This document shows, piece by piece, positions 1-8,248 of a stretch of DNA of 18,861 nucleotides. The stretch is from Coleofasciculus sp. B1-GNL1-01 (GTDB lineage: Bacteria > Cyanobacteriota > Cyanobacteriia > Cyanobacteriales > Coleofasciculaceae). The stretch lies in assembly GCA_040220235.1 (NCBI GenBank), contig JAVJTO010000010.1; one strand, 5' to 3'. Every line of letters starts with the position of its first letter. The stretch's first letter is position 1. Position numbers and translations under genes: made by a program. The notes beneath the pieces are model-generated. The model was not told where the DNA came from. It did no database searches and saw only the letters and a program-made list of their open reading frames with translations.

Positions 1-135
1 ACCGACTCCAGTACAGAAGAAGGCTTTAGATTTATTGGGTGTCAGCCTGATATGTACCCAGTGAAGCCAAAAGTGAAATCGCCCTAAGCCAAGATAGGCA
101 TACAGTGTAGCCATTTGTCAAAGGGGAACTTCAGT
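1..135 (+). mobile_element. 3' end of a probable IS1634-family element (transposase C-terminus plus right end)
   Basis: Frame 2 (2-64) reads PTPVQKKALDLLGVSLICTQ*, resembling the PTPxQxKAxDLLGV C-terminus of IS1634-type transposases. It is followed about 60 bp later by GGGGAACTTCAG, a plausible right end. The exact end is uncertain. Confidence 0.65.
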
Positions 136-387
136 CTAAAATTTGATGTCAAGATTGTCAATTGGTTCGGTTTCAACGACTAAGATACCTTCTTTGCGAT
201 AGACTTTTGGATGTTGAGAGGTTGATGAGTGAACGGCTGGTGAGACTGGGACTGTTATTTCAGTATTTTGCTGATTGAGGGCAGTGACTTTCTCCGCGAC
301 AGCCTGTAGGATGAACTGTTCCAACGAGATTCCTTGCTGACTTGCCCACTTTTCGGCGTCTTGCTGGAGTTGCACAGGAAGATTCAT
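136..387 (-). CDS. Ribbon-helix-helix / HicB-like antitoxin-type protein, possibly clipped at the C-terminus by the IS
   Basis: [34 protein letters not shown] is an RHH-like pattern. The TAG stop (136-138) sits at the IS junction. Confidence 0.65.
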   Translation of the reverse strand: MNLPVQLQQDAEKWASQQGISLEQFILQAVAEKVTALNQQNTEITVPVSPAVHSSTSQHPKVYRKEGILVVETEPIDNLDIKF

Positions 388-452
388 AGAAATACGTACA
401 GAATGATACCCTGTATCCCAATTTTAAGCGATTGATAGCGGGCGCGATCGCA
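357..452. repeat. 96-bp direct repeat, copy 1 (putative -10 box, leader and first 10 codons)
   Basis: Matches 1171-1266 with 3 mismatches and ends at HIP1 (444-451). Confidence 0.95.
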
Positions 453-504
453 ACTCCTGCAAACTTCGATACAACTAATATGACCTGGTGCAATTGCTGG
501 CTAA

Positions 505-852
505 TTATTCCAACTCATCAGGATAAGGAAGTAATGGTTCAAGTAGTGTCATCAGTTCTGGAATATCAGTTTGAATGACATCCCATAAGGTATTGAGGTT
601 GACTCGATCATATTGATGAATCAGAATGTCTCGCATTCCGGCAATGTCCCGCCAGGGAATTTCAGGATGTTGATTCCGAAATTCTATCGACAGTCGTTTG
701 ACAGCTTCTCCAATTACAATGACTTGATAAAGAATCGCGGATTGCTTCTCTTCATTGATTGCCAATGCCGATTGATCGAGTCCTTCAGCAAATCGCTGTA
801 TTTTTTGGGCGGCTTTAGCAATATCTAGTAAGGAAGCCCTATCTCTGCTCAT
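505..852 (-). CDS. HEPN (DUF86) RNase toxin, HepT-like
   Basis: [15 protein letters not shown] contains the RX4HXY motif. 115 aa; overlaps the upstream MNT gene by 14 bp. Confidence 0.93.
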   Translation of the reverse strand: MSRDRASLLDIAKAAQKIQRFAEGLDQSALAINEEKQSAILYQVIVIGEAVKRLSIEFRNQHPEIPWRDIAGMRDILIHQYDRVNLNTLWDVIQTDIPELMTLLEPLLPYPDELE

Positions 853-1201
853 AAATCACTTGGGCTGTTTGGAGAATTTCGCGGCGACGAATCCAATTTT
901 CACTGGTTTCGACAGATTGTTTCAGCACGATATCGATGGGGCGTTCTAAGTACGTTTCCAGTTCATGTTTGATGCGAGCAAGAGTTAATAAGCCTTGTCT
1001 GGCATTGGGTGCAAAGCTGATCAGTATGTCAATATCACTATCCGCCCGAAATTCTTCGCGCAGCACTGAGCCAAAGAGCGCCATTTCCACAATTTGCCAT
1101 CGCTGACAAAATTCGGCAATTTCAGTTAGGGACAGTTTGAATCGTTGTTGGAGTTTGGGATTGACATCGACGTCTTGCTGGAGTTGCACAGGAAGATTCA
1201 T
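839..1201 (-). CDS. Minimal nucleotidyltransferase (MNT) antitoxin, MntA-like
   Basis: [19 protein letters not shown] matches the GSX10DXD motif; lies directly upstream of the HEPN gene. Confidence 0.93.
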   Translation of the reverse strand: MNLPVQLQQDVDVNPKLQQRFKLSLTEIAEFCQRWQIVEMALFGSVLREEFRADSDIDILISFAPNARQGLLTLARIKHELETYLERPIDIVLKQSVETSENWIRRREILQTAQVIYEQR

Positions 1202-1266
1202 AGAAATAAGTACAGAATGATACCGTGTATCCCAATTTTAAGCTATTGATAGCGGGCGCGATCGCA
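1171..1266. repeat. 96-bp direct repeat, copy 2
   Basis: Matches 357-452; HIP1 at 1258-1265; encodes the same [10 protein letters not shown] start. Confidence 0.95.
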
Positions 1267-1469
1267 TTAGGATTGATCCCTGAGTAGGACTCATTATACA
1301 GCCTCCTGAGTCGAAAACAGTGATTTAATTCCAATCATACACCTCAGTCTATCAGCCATGACTGTTCTTAAGGATAATGATCCACAAAATACATAAACGC
1401 TTTTTGTCCCATTTCTGAATAGAACTGTTTCGGTGATCCTAAAATGCTGACTGGAGCGTGCCATTGGAC

Positions 1470-3305
1470 TTAAAATACGTTTTGTAGGCGATCGCGAAAA
1501 TACTGGCGATATAATTCAAAGCGGGGTACAGTGGCATTTCCCCGTAACTGCACTAACCCCATACTGTGTAATTTAAACGCCAACACGGATTCTAACTCAA
1601 CGGGTTCCTGCGCTCCTAGCACCTGAGCAAAGGCTGTCGCCAATTCGGGGTGCTGCTGCAAATTCCATAGATGTCGGCGCAGGTGATCCCCGTAAATTCC
1701 CGCTTCGGTTGGCGCTATCTCTACCAATTTCTCTAAGGTTAACTCGCCTCTGGCTATATAATACAGAGCCACTCGGACTAAATAGGGATGTCCACCCACC
1801 ATTGTCATCAATTGCTCAACCTGATGAGTTTGCCAATTGAGTCCATGACGCTGGGCTAAATCAGTAACTTGTTCTCGACTAAATTCCGATAATTCAATCG
1901 GCAAACCCACATTAAACGGGGATTGATTGATATCCAAGGGAATATAAACTTCCGTTGAATGCACCACCACTAAACGCAATTTTGCCCACAAATCACTGTC
2001 GCTATCCCCATACCCTGCTTCTTCATACCAAGCGCGTAAGAGGGCAAAAAAATCATCGGTTATTTTGGGATGCTGAAACACCCGATCCACTTCATCTAAT
2101 CCCAAGACTAACGGTGTATCGGTTTCCGATAACAAAATATCCTCAAAATAAGCCGTACAGTTATCTTTACTCCCAAACGTATCCGTCCAATATGCCTCAA
2201 CTTGATGGGGTAAACGCAGCTTCCGGGTAATTTTGGCACATAACCACTGTAAGAGTTGATTGAGATTGGTAAACACGCTTTTATCCGCATGTTGAAAGCT
2301 TAAGGGAACGGTGCGACAACCTTGCTCTCTGGCTTGATACAAAATTCTCGCCATTAACGAGGTTTTCCCCATCTGTCGCGGTGCTTTAATCCGAATCAAG
2401 GTTCCTGGTTTGAGAATTTCTTGATAACATTGTGTTTCATCGGGAACTCGTTCGACATAGAAGGCGGAAGCTAACCGCACTTGACCTTGAGGTAATTCGG
2501 GTTCAGCTACAGGTAAAGGCGGTAAGGGGTTGATTGGAGTCTGATAGCTTCTGATGTCCTCCGCTACATCGTTCCCTTCCCAGATTGGAGTTTCCCAATC
2601 CTCACCCCCCGACAACCGTTGTAACACCGCCTGTACCACAGTGGGGGTATCAGCGGGAGTGTTCCATTCCTGATAGCCAATTCCCTGAAGATAACTGCGT
2701 AAATCGTGGTTGAGGGGAGTACGGGGTGGACAATTCACCCGAATCGGTAAGATAACGGGTTTAGCCGTGTGACTCTCATCTCGTAACTCCTGAACCCGTC
2801 GTAACGCTTCAATCACCATTTCACTCAATGCGGCTTGGGGAGACAAGAGCAGGATAAAATACTCACATTGCGCCAGTTGGCGATCAATCTGCGCTAATTC
2901 CGCCTCGACGACAGCAGCGGAATGGCTGGAACCCTTCCCCACCCCTGTTCTAAAGGCTGAATATCCCGCTTGGGCGATCGCCTCCTCTAACTGAATCGCT
3001 AAACTCCCGTCAGGCTCTTGGTTATGGTAACTGAGAAACACTTGCGGCTGCTGCGTCTTAGCTCGCGCGATCGCACCCTGAATCTTTTTTTTGCTGACTT
3101 TTTCCCCTAATACCTGGGACAGCTTTTGCCATAACTTATAACCTACATATTTTTCCACGTACTCTGGATTTTGCGGATAAATCTCCTTATAGGAGCGTCC
3201 TTGCCAAGATCCGACAAAAACCTGCCGTTCTAGGTCATTTAGGTGCTTTCCCGTCTTCAGATAGGTTAAGCGATCGATAAAATTTAAGGCGTCTTTATAA
3301 TCCAT
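1470..3305 (-). CDS. N-terminal HTH-like + TIR + AAA_35 (STAND-like) ATPase, 611 aa
   Basis: ATG at 3305 follows AAAGGGGAG. HTH-like KHLNDLERQVFVGSWQGRSYKEI; TIR-like VFLSY...FILLLSPQAALSEMV...VILPIRV; Walker A APRQMGKTS; Walker B LVLGLDEVD; SPFNVG and GGHPYL motifs. Confidence 0.88.
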   Translation of the reverse strand: MDYKDALNFIDRLTYLKTGKHLNDLERQVFVGSWQGRSYKEIYPQNPEYVEKYVGYKLWQKLSQVLGEKVSKKKIQGAIARAKTQQPQVFLSYHNQEPDGSLAIQLEEAIAQAGYSAFRTGVGKGSSHSAAVVEAELAQIDRQLAQCEYFILLLSPQAALSEMVIEALRRVQELRDESHTAKPVILPIRVNCPPRTPLNHDLRSYLQGIGYQEWNTPADTPTVVQAVLQRLSGGEDWETPIWEGNDVAEDIRSYQTPINPLPPLPVAEPELPQGQVRLASAFYVERVPDETQCYQEILKPGTLIRIKAPRQMGKTSLMARILYQAREQGCRTVPLSFQHADKSVFTNLNQLLQWLCAKITRKLRLPHQVEAYWTDTFGSKDNCTAYFEDILLSETDTPLVLGLDEVDRVFQHPKITDDFFALLRAWYEEAGYGDSDSDLWAKLRLVVVHSTEVYIPLDINQSPFNVGLPIELSEFSREQVTDLAQRHGLNWQTHQVEQLMTMVGGHPYLVRVALYYIARGELTLEKLVEIAPTEAGIYGDHLRRHLWNLQQHPELATAFAQVLGAQEPVELESVLAFKLHSMGLVQLRGNATVPRFELYRQYFRDRLQNVF

Positions 3306-3662
3306 CTCCCCTTTATCAATAAAATTCAAAATTAAAACTAGGGAACAGGAAACATGGAACCGACAACAAAACGATTTCACGTTTCATTGAGTCTGGCTAA
3401 GTAGGTTGGTGGAAATAAACTCCAGTATATTAAGTTATGTGAATATTTCTCAACCCCTTACATAAGACGATCCCCCGCCGTTGCTTTCCTGCTAGGGTTA
3501 TGCCATGCTAAATTATATCCATTCTAATCATCAACTTTATTATAATTTTAACAAGCGCTCTCTCGGCGAAGTTAATTTTTCTCGATTCTGGGAATAGCGC
3601 TTAAAAAATTCTACCTGATATTTCAGGCTTTTTTAACGGGCGATGAACATACAAAGAAATAG

Positions 3663-3770
3663 TTATGAGGTTTTATGAGTTTTTTATTTGATCAACAAAT
3701 AAAATTGATTTGGATTGTTAGCTCACCCAAACTATTATTTTTTTTTGTGAGGTTTTATGGTTTACATAAC
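3663..3770. promoter_or_regulatory. Putative operator: two clusters of 10-bp-phased TT(A/G)TGAG-like repeats
   Basis: TGAGGTTTTATG occurs at 3666-3677 and 3748-3759; TTATGAG occurs at 3663 and 3673. Confidence 0.4.
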
Positions 3771-3904
3771 CCAGATGATCAACGAAACTAATAAATAGGT
3801 GTTCCCCACCGATTGATCTGTGAATCTACCAGGGTAAAGCCGCCCAACCGGGCTGAAATACCCGACTCGGTTATAAATTTAGATAGTATGACAGGGGAAG
3901 AACA

Positions 3905-4771
3905 ATGTTTAATTTAACAGGGGTGCTAGTTCGCGATTGTGTCGAACGTCTACAAGTCGGCTACCGTCAGACTTACGGAAATTCTCAAACCGATTATGCT
4001 GAGGTGATCACGGGAGTGGCTCAAGTGGCTCTCGACCGGATTGCCCAGAGTGATGCTCTCTACCACAATGTTGAACATACCATTTTGGTGAGCTTAGTCG
4101 GACAAGAAATCCTTCGAGGGAAACATATCCTAGAAGGAAACGTTTCCCGTCAAGATTGGCTCACGTCAATCGTGTCTTGGTTATGCCATGACATTGGCTA
4201 TGTTAAAGGGATTTGCCGAAATGACCAACCTGACCAACGATTGTACGTGATTGGTCTTGATGATATGATGATATCCTTGCCCCAGGGGGCAACCGATGCG
4301 AGTTTGACATCCTACCATGTTGACCGAGGAAAGCGGTTTGTGGACGAGTATTTCGGCGCTCATCCCTTCATTGATTGTGCCATCGTAAAACGCAATATTG
4401 AGTTAACCCGTTTTCCAGTACCTGCTGATAACGCCCATCACGATACGATGAATTATCCGGGTTTGACTCGTGCGGCTGATTTGATTGGTCAGCTTAGTGA
4501 TCCACGTTACTTACAAAAGATTCCCGCCTTGTTTGGCGAGTTTGAAGAAAGTGGCGCGAATAAAATTTTAGGCTATCACAATCCGGGTGAACTGCGGCAA
4601 AACTACCCCAACTTTTTCTGGACAATTGTGTTGCAATACATCCAACCCGCTTTGCGGTATTTAGAGGTCACGAAAACAGGTCAACAAATTATTGCCAATC
4701 TGTATGGTAATGTCTTACAGGTTGAACAGGAAAATAGGGTAAGCCCAAAGAAGGTTGCCATGTTTGTTTAA
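3905..4771 (+). CDS. HD-domain metal-dependent phosphohydrolase (Npun_R2479-like)
   Basis: Motifs YHNVEHT, LCHDIGY, YHVDRG and AADLIGQL; AGGGGAAG upstream of the ATG. Confidence 0.88.
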   Translation: MFNLTGVLVRDCVERLQVGYRQTYGNSQTDYAEVITGVAQVALDRIAQSDALYHNVEHTILVSLVGQEILRGKHILEGNVSRQDWLTSIVSWLCHDIGYVKGICRNDQPDQRLYVIGLDDMMISLPQGATDASLTSYHVDRGKRFVDEYFGAHPFIDCAIVKRNIELTRFPVPADNAHHDTMNYPGLTRAADLIGQLSDPRYLQKIPALFGEFEESGANKILGYHNPGELRQNYPNFFWTIVLQYIQPALRYLEVTKTGQQIIANLYGNVLQVEQENRVSPKKVAMFV

Positions 4772-4798
4772 GCCATCTTTAGAGGACGATATAAGAGT

Positions 4799-4853
4799 TT
4801 AAGTCCATTTAAATGGACTTAAGCGATTAGCCCGGAGTTTGAACTCCGGGCTA
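4799..4853. terminator. Paired palindromes between convergent genes (possible bidirectional terminator or dispersed repeat)
   Basis: Perfect 24-bp palindrome TTAAGTCCATTTAAATGGACTTAA (4799-4822) and hairpin TAGCCCGGAGTT-TG-AACTCCGGGCTA (4828-4853). Confidence 0.6.
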
Positions 4854-4859
4854 GAATTG

Positions 4860-6776
4860 TCAAACAGAATTGGTATTAGAATTCAGATGACAGCGTTGCT
4901 GATAAATTTGCGCCACCTGATCCGCTGGGTTTTGGCGCAAACAGGCTTCAAACAGTTTTAGCGCTTCGGCATAAGCCTGTTGATTATACAGAGACAACGC
5001 TAAGGCAAATCGGTCTTGATTTGCCAATTTACCCTCTCGGACTTCCGGTAAGTCAGCATCAAAGATTTCATAGACGGTAACCAGTTCAGATTTGCCTTTG
5101 ACTTTGACATGATCAATCATGCGGATAGCATAGTCGTAGGGGTTTTGCAATTGTTTGAACGTGTGGTGAGAAATTAATAATGATACGCCATAATTTTTGG
5201 TTAAGCCTTCCAAACGAGCCGCTAAATTAACCGCATCACTAATTACGGTGGTATCCATGCGGTTATATCCGCCCACAGTCCCTAACATTAATGTTCCTGT
5301 ATTAATGCCCATACCTAGTTGAATGGCTCGATAATTACAGTTAGCTCGATGTTGATTATATTCAGTTAACTGATGCAACATGGCAATTCCGGCTTTAACC
5401 GCATCATCTGCACCGCCACTAAAGAGTGCCATAATCGCATCCCCAATATATTTATCAATAAATCCTTTATTTTTAATAATAGTGGGTTCCATTCGAGATA
5501 GATAGGAATTGATGAATTTAAAATTCTCTTCAGGGGTCATCCCTTCCGAAAGAGCAGTGAAGTCGCGAATATCCGAAAATAACACGGACATTTCTTTCTC
5601 CACTTGGTCGCCTAACTTAACATCAATAATAGTCTCTTTATTGAGTAACTGGAGAAATTGACCCGGCACAAAGCGAGAAAAAGCATGATTGAGTTGATTG
5701 AGATGACCTGTAAACTTGAGTCGTTCGGCTTCCCCCCGTTTGCGTTCGGTAATATCGTTCAGCACGACAATGGCGTAGCTAACATTTCCCTTGTCATCAA
5801 AGATGGGGGTTCCTAAAACCTCAATCGGCACTATTTTGTCGGGCTGGTGAATCTCTATCCCTTCATAGATGGAATTTTTACCGTTAAGCGCTTGGATAAT
5901 TGGCTCAAGATTGGCGGGATAAACTTTCTCGGATTTGGGAGAATAAATTGGATAAATTTCGGGTAGTCGATTGGCAGGATTGGTGGGAATTAGACCTTGC
6001 CCAAAAAGTTTCTTTGCCGTCTGATTTGCATAGTAGGGTCTACCGTTTTGATCAACGACAAAAACGCCGACAGGTATCGCTTCTAAGAATTGAGTGAGCC
6101 GACTTTCACTATCTCGTAATTGATCTTGAGCCTGCAGCCGTTGATTAATTTCGCGATAAATGTGAGAATAGACAAAAACAAGAATACCTAAGTCAAAAAT
6201 GAGTCCAATGGAGAAAATCAATATTGTCGTATGGACTGTGTCTTGAGTGTGCTGCGATCGCGCCTGAAATAGCCGCTCTTCCTCCGCCTTCATCTGATGA
6301 AAGATATCGCGAATCTGCTCCATGATCAGTTTGCCTTCGTTTGTGTTGACAATCTCTAGAGCCGCGTCTAATCCTTGCTCGTTTCTTAAAGTAATGGTTT
6401 GCTGAAGTTCGGCTAATTTCTGATAAATCAAAGGGATAGCAAGTTCTATTTGTTTTTGATGATAGGGGTTTTCTGCTGTCAAGTCTTGTAGCTTTTTTAT
6501 ATCATCTTCGACTTTATCAATTGCTTTTTTATAAGGCTCAAGATAGCGCTTTTTTCCTGTTAAAAGATAACCCCGCTGTCCCGTTTCGGCATCCGTAATT
6601 TCCGCTAAGACTTCCTCCAGCTTTGTTAATACTTTTTTGGCATGGAGTTCTTTTTGATTCATGTCTCTCAGGCGAAATGCACTATAATAACCAATTGAGC
6701 TGACGATAACGATAAGGCTGGAGGTTAGTCCAAATCCTAGGATGATTTTGCGTTGTATCGATAGTTTCATCATCAA
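4860..6776 (-). CDS. Membrane-bound CHASE3-PAS class III adenylate cyclase with a C-terminal TPR-like helix pair
   Basis: Two TM segments flank CHASE3 (DAETGQRGYLLTG). PAS segment LEAIPVGVFVVD. Cyclase motifs FSDIRDFT, DKYIGDAIM, GINTG and DTTVISDAVNLAARLE; Lys/Thr specificity residues suggest ATP. The start could be any of three consecutive Met codons. Confidence 0.93.
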   Translation of the reverse strand: MMMKLSIQRKIILGFGLTSSLIVIVSSIGYYSAFRLRDMNQKELHAKKVLTKLEEVLAEITDAETGQRGYLLTGKKRYLEPYKKAIDKVEDDIKKLQDLTAENPYHQKQIELAIPLIYQKLAELQQTITLRNEQGLDAALEIVNTNEGKLIMEQIRDIFHQMKAEEERLFQARSQHTQDTVHTTILIFSIGLIFDLGILVFVYSHIYREINQRLQAQDQLRDSESRLTQFLEAIPVGVFVVDQNGRPYYANQTAKKLFGQGLIPTNPANRLPEIYPIYSPKSEKVYPANLEPIIQALNGKNSIYEGIEIHQPDKIVPIEVLGTPIFDDKGNVSYAIVVLNDITERKRGEAERLKFTGHLNQLNHAFSRFVPGQFLQLLNKETIIDVKLGDQVEKEMSVLFSDIRDFTALSEGMTPEENFKFINSYLSRMEPTIIKNKGFIDKYIGDAIMALFSGGADDAVKAGIAMLHQLTEYNQHRANCNYRAIQLGMGINTGTLMLGTVGGYNRMDTTVISDAVNLAARLEGLTKNYGVSLLISHHTFKQLQNPYDYAIRMIDHVKVKGKSELVTVYEIFDADLPEVREGKLANQDRFALALSLYNQQAYAEALKLFEACLRQNPADQVAQIYQQRCHLNSNTNSV

Positions 6777-7053
6777 GGGTAGAGTTTAACCGAAGAAACT
6801 CTGATTGGTGTTAAATCTCAAAATACTTATTCAGGTATAATTTATCTTTGTCCGTAATTTAAAATAATAATATTTTTTTACATAGTCAGCTCGGCATGAT
6901 TTTATTGTTTTCAGATAAAAATTATGCCAAAACTGGGTTATTTATTTTTCGTTCAGAGAAATACGTCTCGCGTTCAGGGTCTGTAAAATATAACCAGCAT
7001 TTTACTGATCCACTCTCGGCTTTGGCAAATGCTGGTTTATTGGTCATGAGTTC

Positions 7054-7077
7054 TTTGTCCTTTGTCCTTTGTCCTTT
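7054..7077. repeat. STRR heptamer tract (TTTGTCC)3
   Basis: tttgtcc tttgtcc tttgtcc ttt. Confidence 0.8.
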
Positions 7078-7222
7078 CTCAGGGAATGGGAACCGGGAAA
7101 ATCAACATTCATACCCAGTTGCAGTCTAATGTAGAACTTTCTTTTTCCCCCATCTCCCCCTCACCCCCTCACCCCATCTACTCTATCTGCTATCTTTGAA
7201 CGCAACTTGGTATCAGTCCCCC

Positions 7223-7747
7223 CTAGACTTGACAAATAATCGCGCCCTTCAAAATTGCCCCACTCAGATTCGCACCATTGAGATTTGCCTGATTCAGATT
7301 GGTATTTCTCAGGTTTGCTCCTTTCAGATTTGTCTGACTGAGATTAGCGCCTGTCAAATCAGCACCACTGAGATTCGCATCGGTTAAATCCGCGCCTTTC
7401 AGATTTGCGCCTCTGAGATCAGCATTTCTTAAGAAAACAGCGATGAGGTTCGTATCAATTAAAATGGCTTGATTCAGGTTTGTTGTATGACAAATCGCTT
7501 CATAGAGATTCGCCCGACTGAGGTTGGCTCGACTGAGATTCGCCCGACTAAGATTGGCTCGACTGAGGTTGAAGTTTTGCAAATTATACTCACTGAGATT
7601 CAATCCACTCAGATCAACCTTACTAAAGTTCAGTTTAATTACATTAGGTTTACTCTGATTTTGATTTAAGTTAATATTTTGCAGTCGCCACCGATTCCAA
7701 TTTTCAACACCTTGTTTTAGGATAACTATATCGTTCGCATTTGCCAC
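7223..7747 (-). CDS. Pentapeptide repeat protein
   Basis: Many A(D/N)LXX repeats and the typical LKQGVENWNRWR N-cap. A GTG start at 7747 with GGAGG upstream is preferred over the TTG at 7765. Confidence 0.9.
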   Translation of the reverse strand: MANANDIVILKQGVENWNRWRLQNINLNQNQSKPNVIKLNFSKVDLSGLNLSEYNLQNFNLSRANLSRANLSRANLSRANLYEAICHTTNLNQAILIDTNLIAVFLRNADLRGANLKGADLTDANLSGADLTGANLSQTNLKGANLRNTNLNQANLNGANLSGAILKGAIICQV

Positions 7748-8046
7748 TTTGTATGACTCCTCCAAGTTTCAACGTGATCGCAGTATCGTTTTGTAAAAAT
7801 TCTCTGAATTATTCAGAATGGCGAGAATAGGGTCGATTTGGAGTCATAAAAATTGCTGAGATTGTTATTAAATCAAGTGACTAACATTGAGTTCATGCCA
7901 GAAACGGGTGATGAAACAAATAGGGGTTTCATCGATCAATGTAACAAAAGTTTAAGACCTTATTCCGATTATCGGATAAGAAGTGCTTGGTCAAAACATA
8001 GAGAATTTTCTATGGCATAGCTATGAATCGAGGGAGTTTTGAGTGT

Positions 8047-8110
8047 GTAGGGGCGGGTTTCGGGAATCGCGTTTCGCTATTGACGATAACGTTTGTTCAA
8101 AACCCGCCCT
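8047..8110 (+). repeat. GTAG REP-like inverted repeat element, copy A
   Basis: GTAGGGGCGGGTTT-N38-AAAACCCGCCCT. Confidence 0.88.
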
Positions 8111-8248
8111 GAGTATTGAGTGTTGATCTTTCGCTTCGCTAGTCGGATAAGATTTCGACCTGGCGCGATCCTTGAGGGAAGCTGGTTTGAAGGAGTGTCG
8201 AGACTTAGCCGATTACGTTTCTACACCCCCTGTCTCCTTAAAGGCGGG

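Noticed and set aside
260..1334. ORFs 260-493 and 1122-1334 as paralogous small proteins
   Set aside because: Their similarity is only an alternate-frame reading of the 96-bp repeat, and they overlap better-supported genes.
3306..3380. Longer GTG start for the TIR-AAA gene
   Set aside because: The ATG at 3305 has a strong RBS and starts the recognisable domain.
3398..3425. Possible MITE end TAAGTAGGTTGGTGGAAATAAA
   Set aside because: No convincing matching inverted end was found nearby.
1470..6776. Canonical Pycsar, Thoeris or CBASS defence system
   Set aside because: The cyclase is a membrane CHASE3 sensor with adenine-type residues, the TIR protein has no cNMP-binding domain, the genes are not in an operon, and no ThsA or CD-NTase is present.
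6896..7129. 77-aa ORF
   Set aside because: No recognisable motif; it runs through an STRR tract in an AT-rich spacer.
7783..7956. NtcA (GTA-N8-TAA) and RpaB HLR1-like sites upstream of the pentapeptide gene
   Set aside because: Only partial matches in AT-rich DNA.
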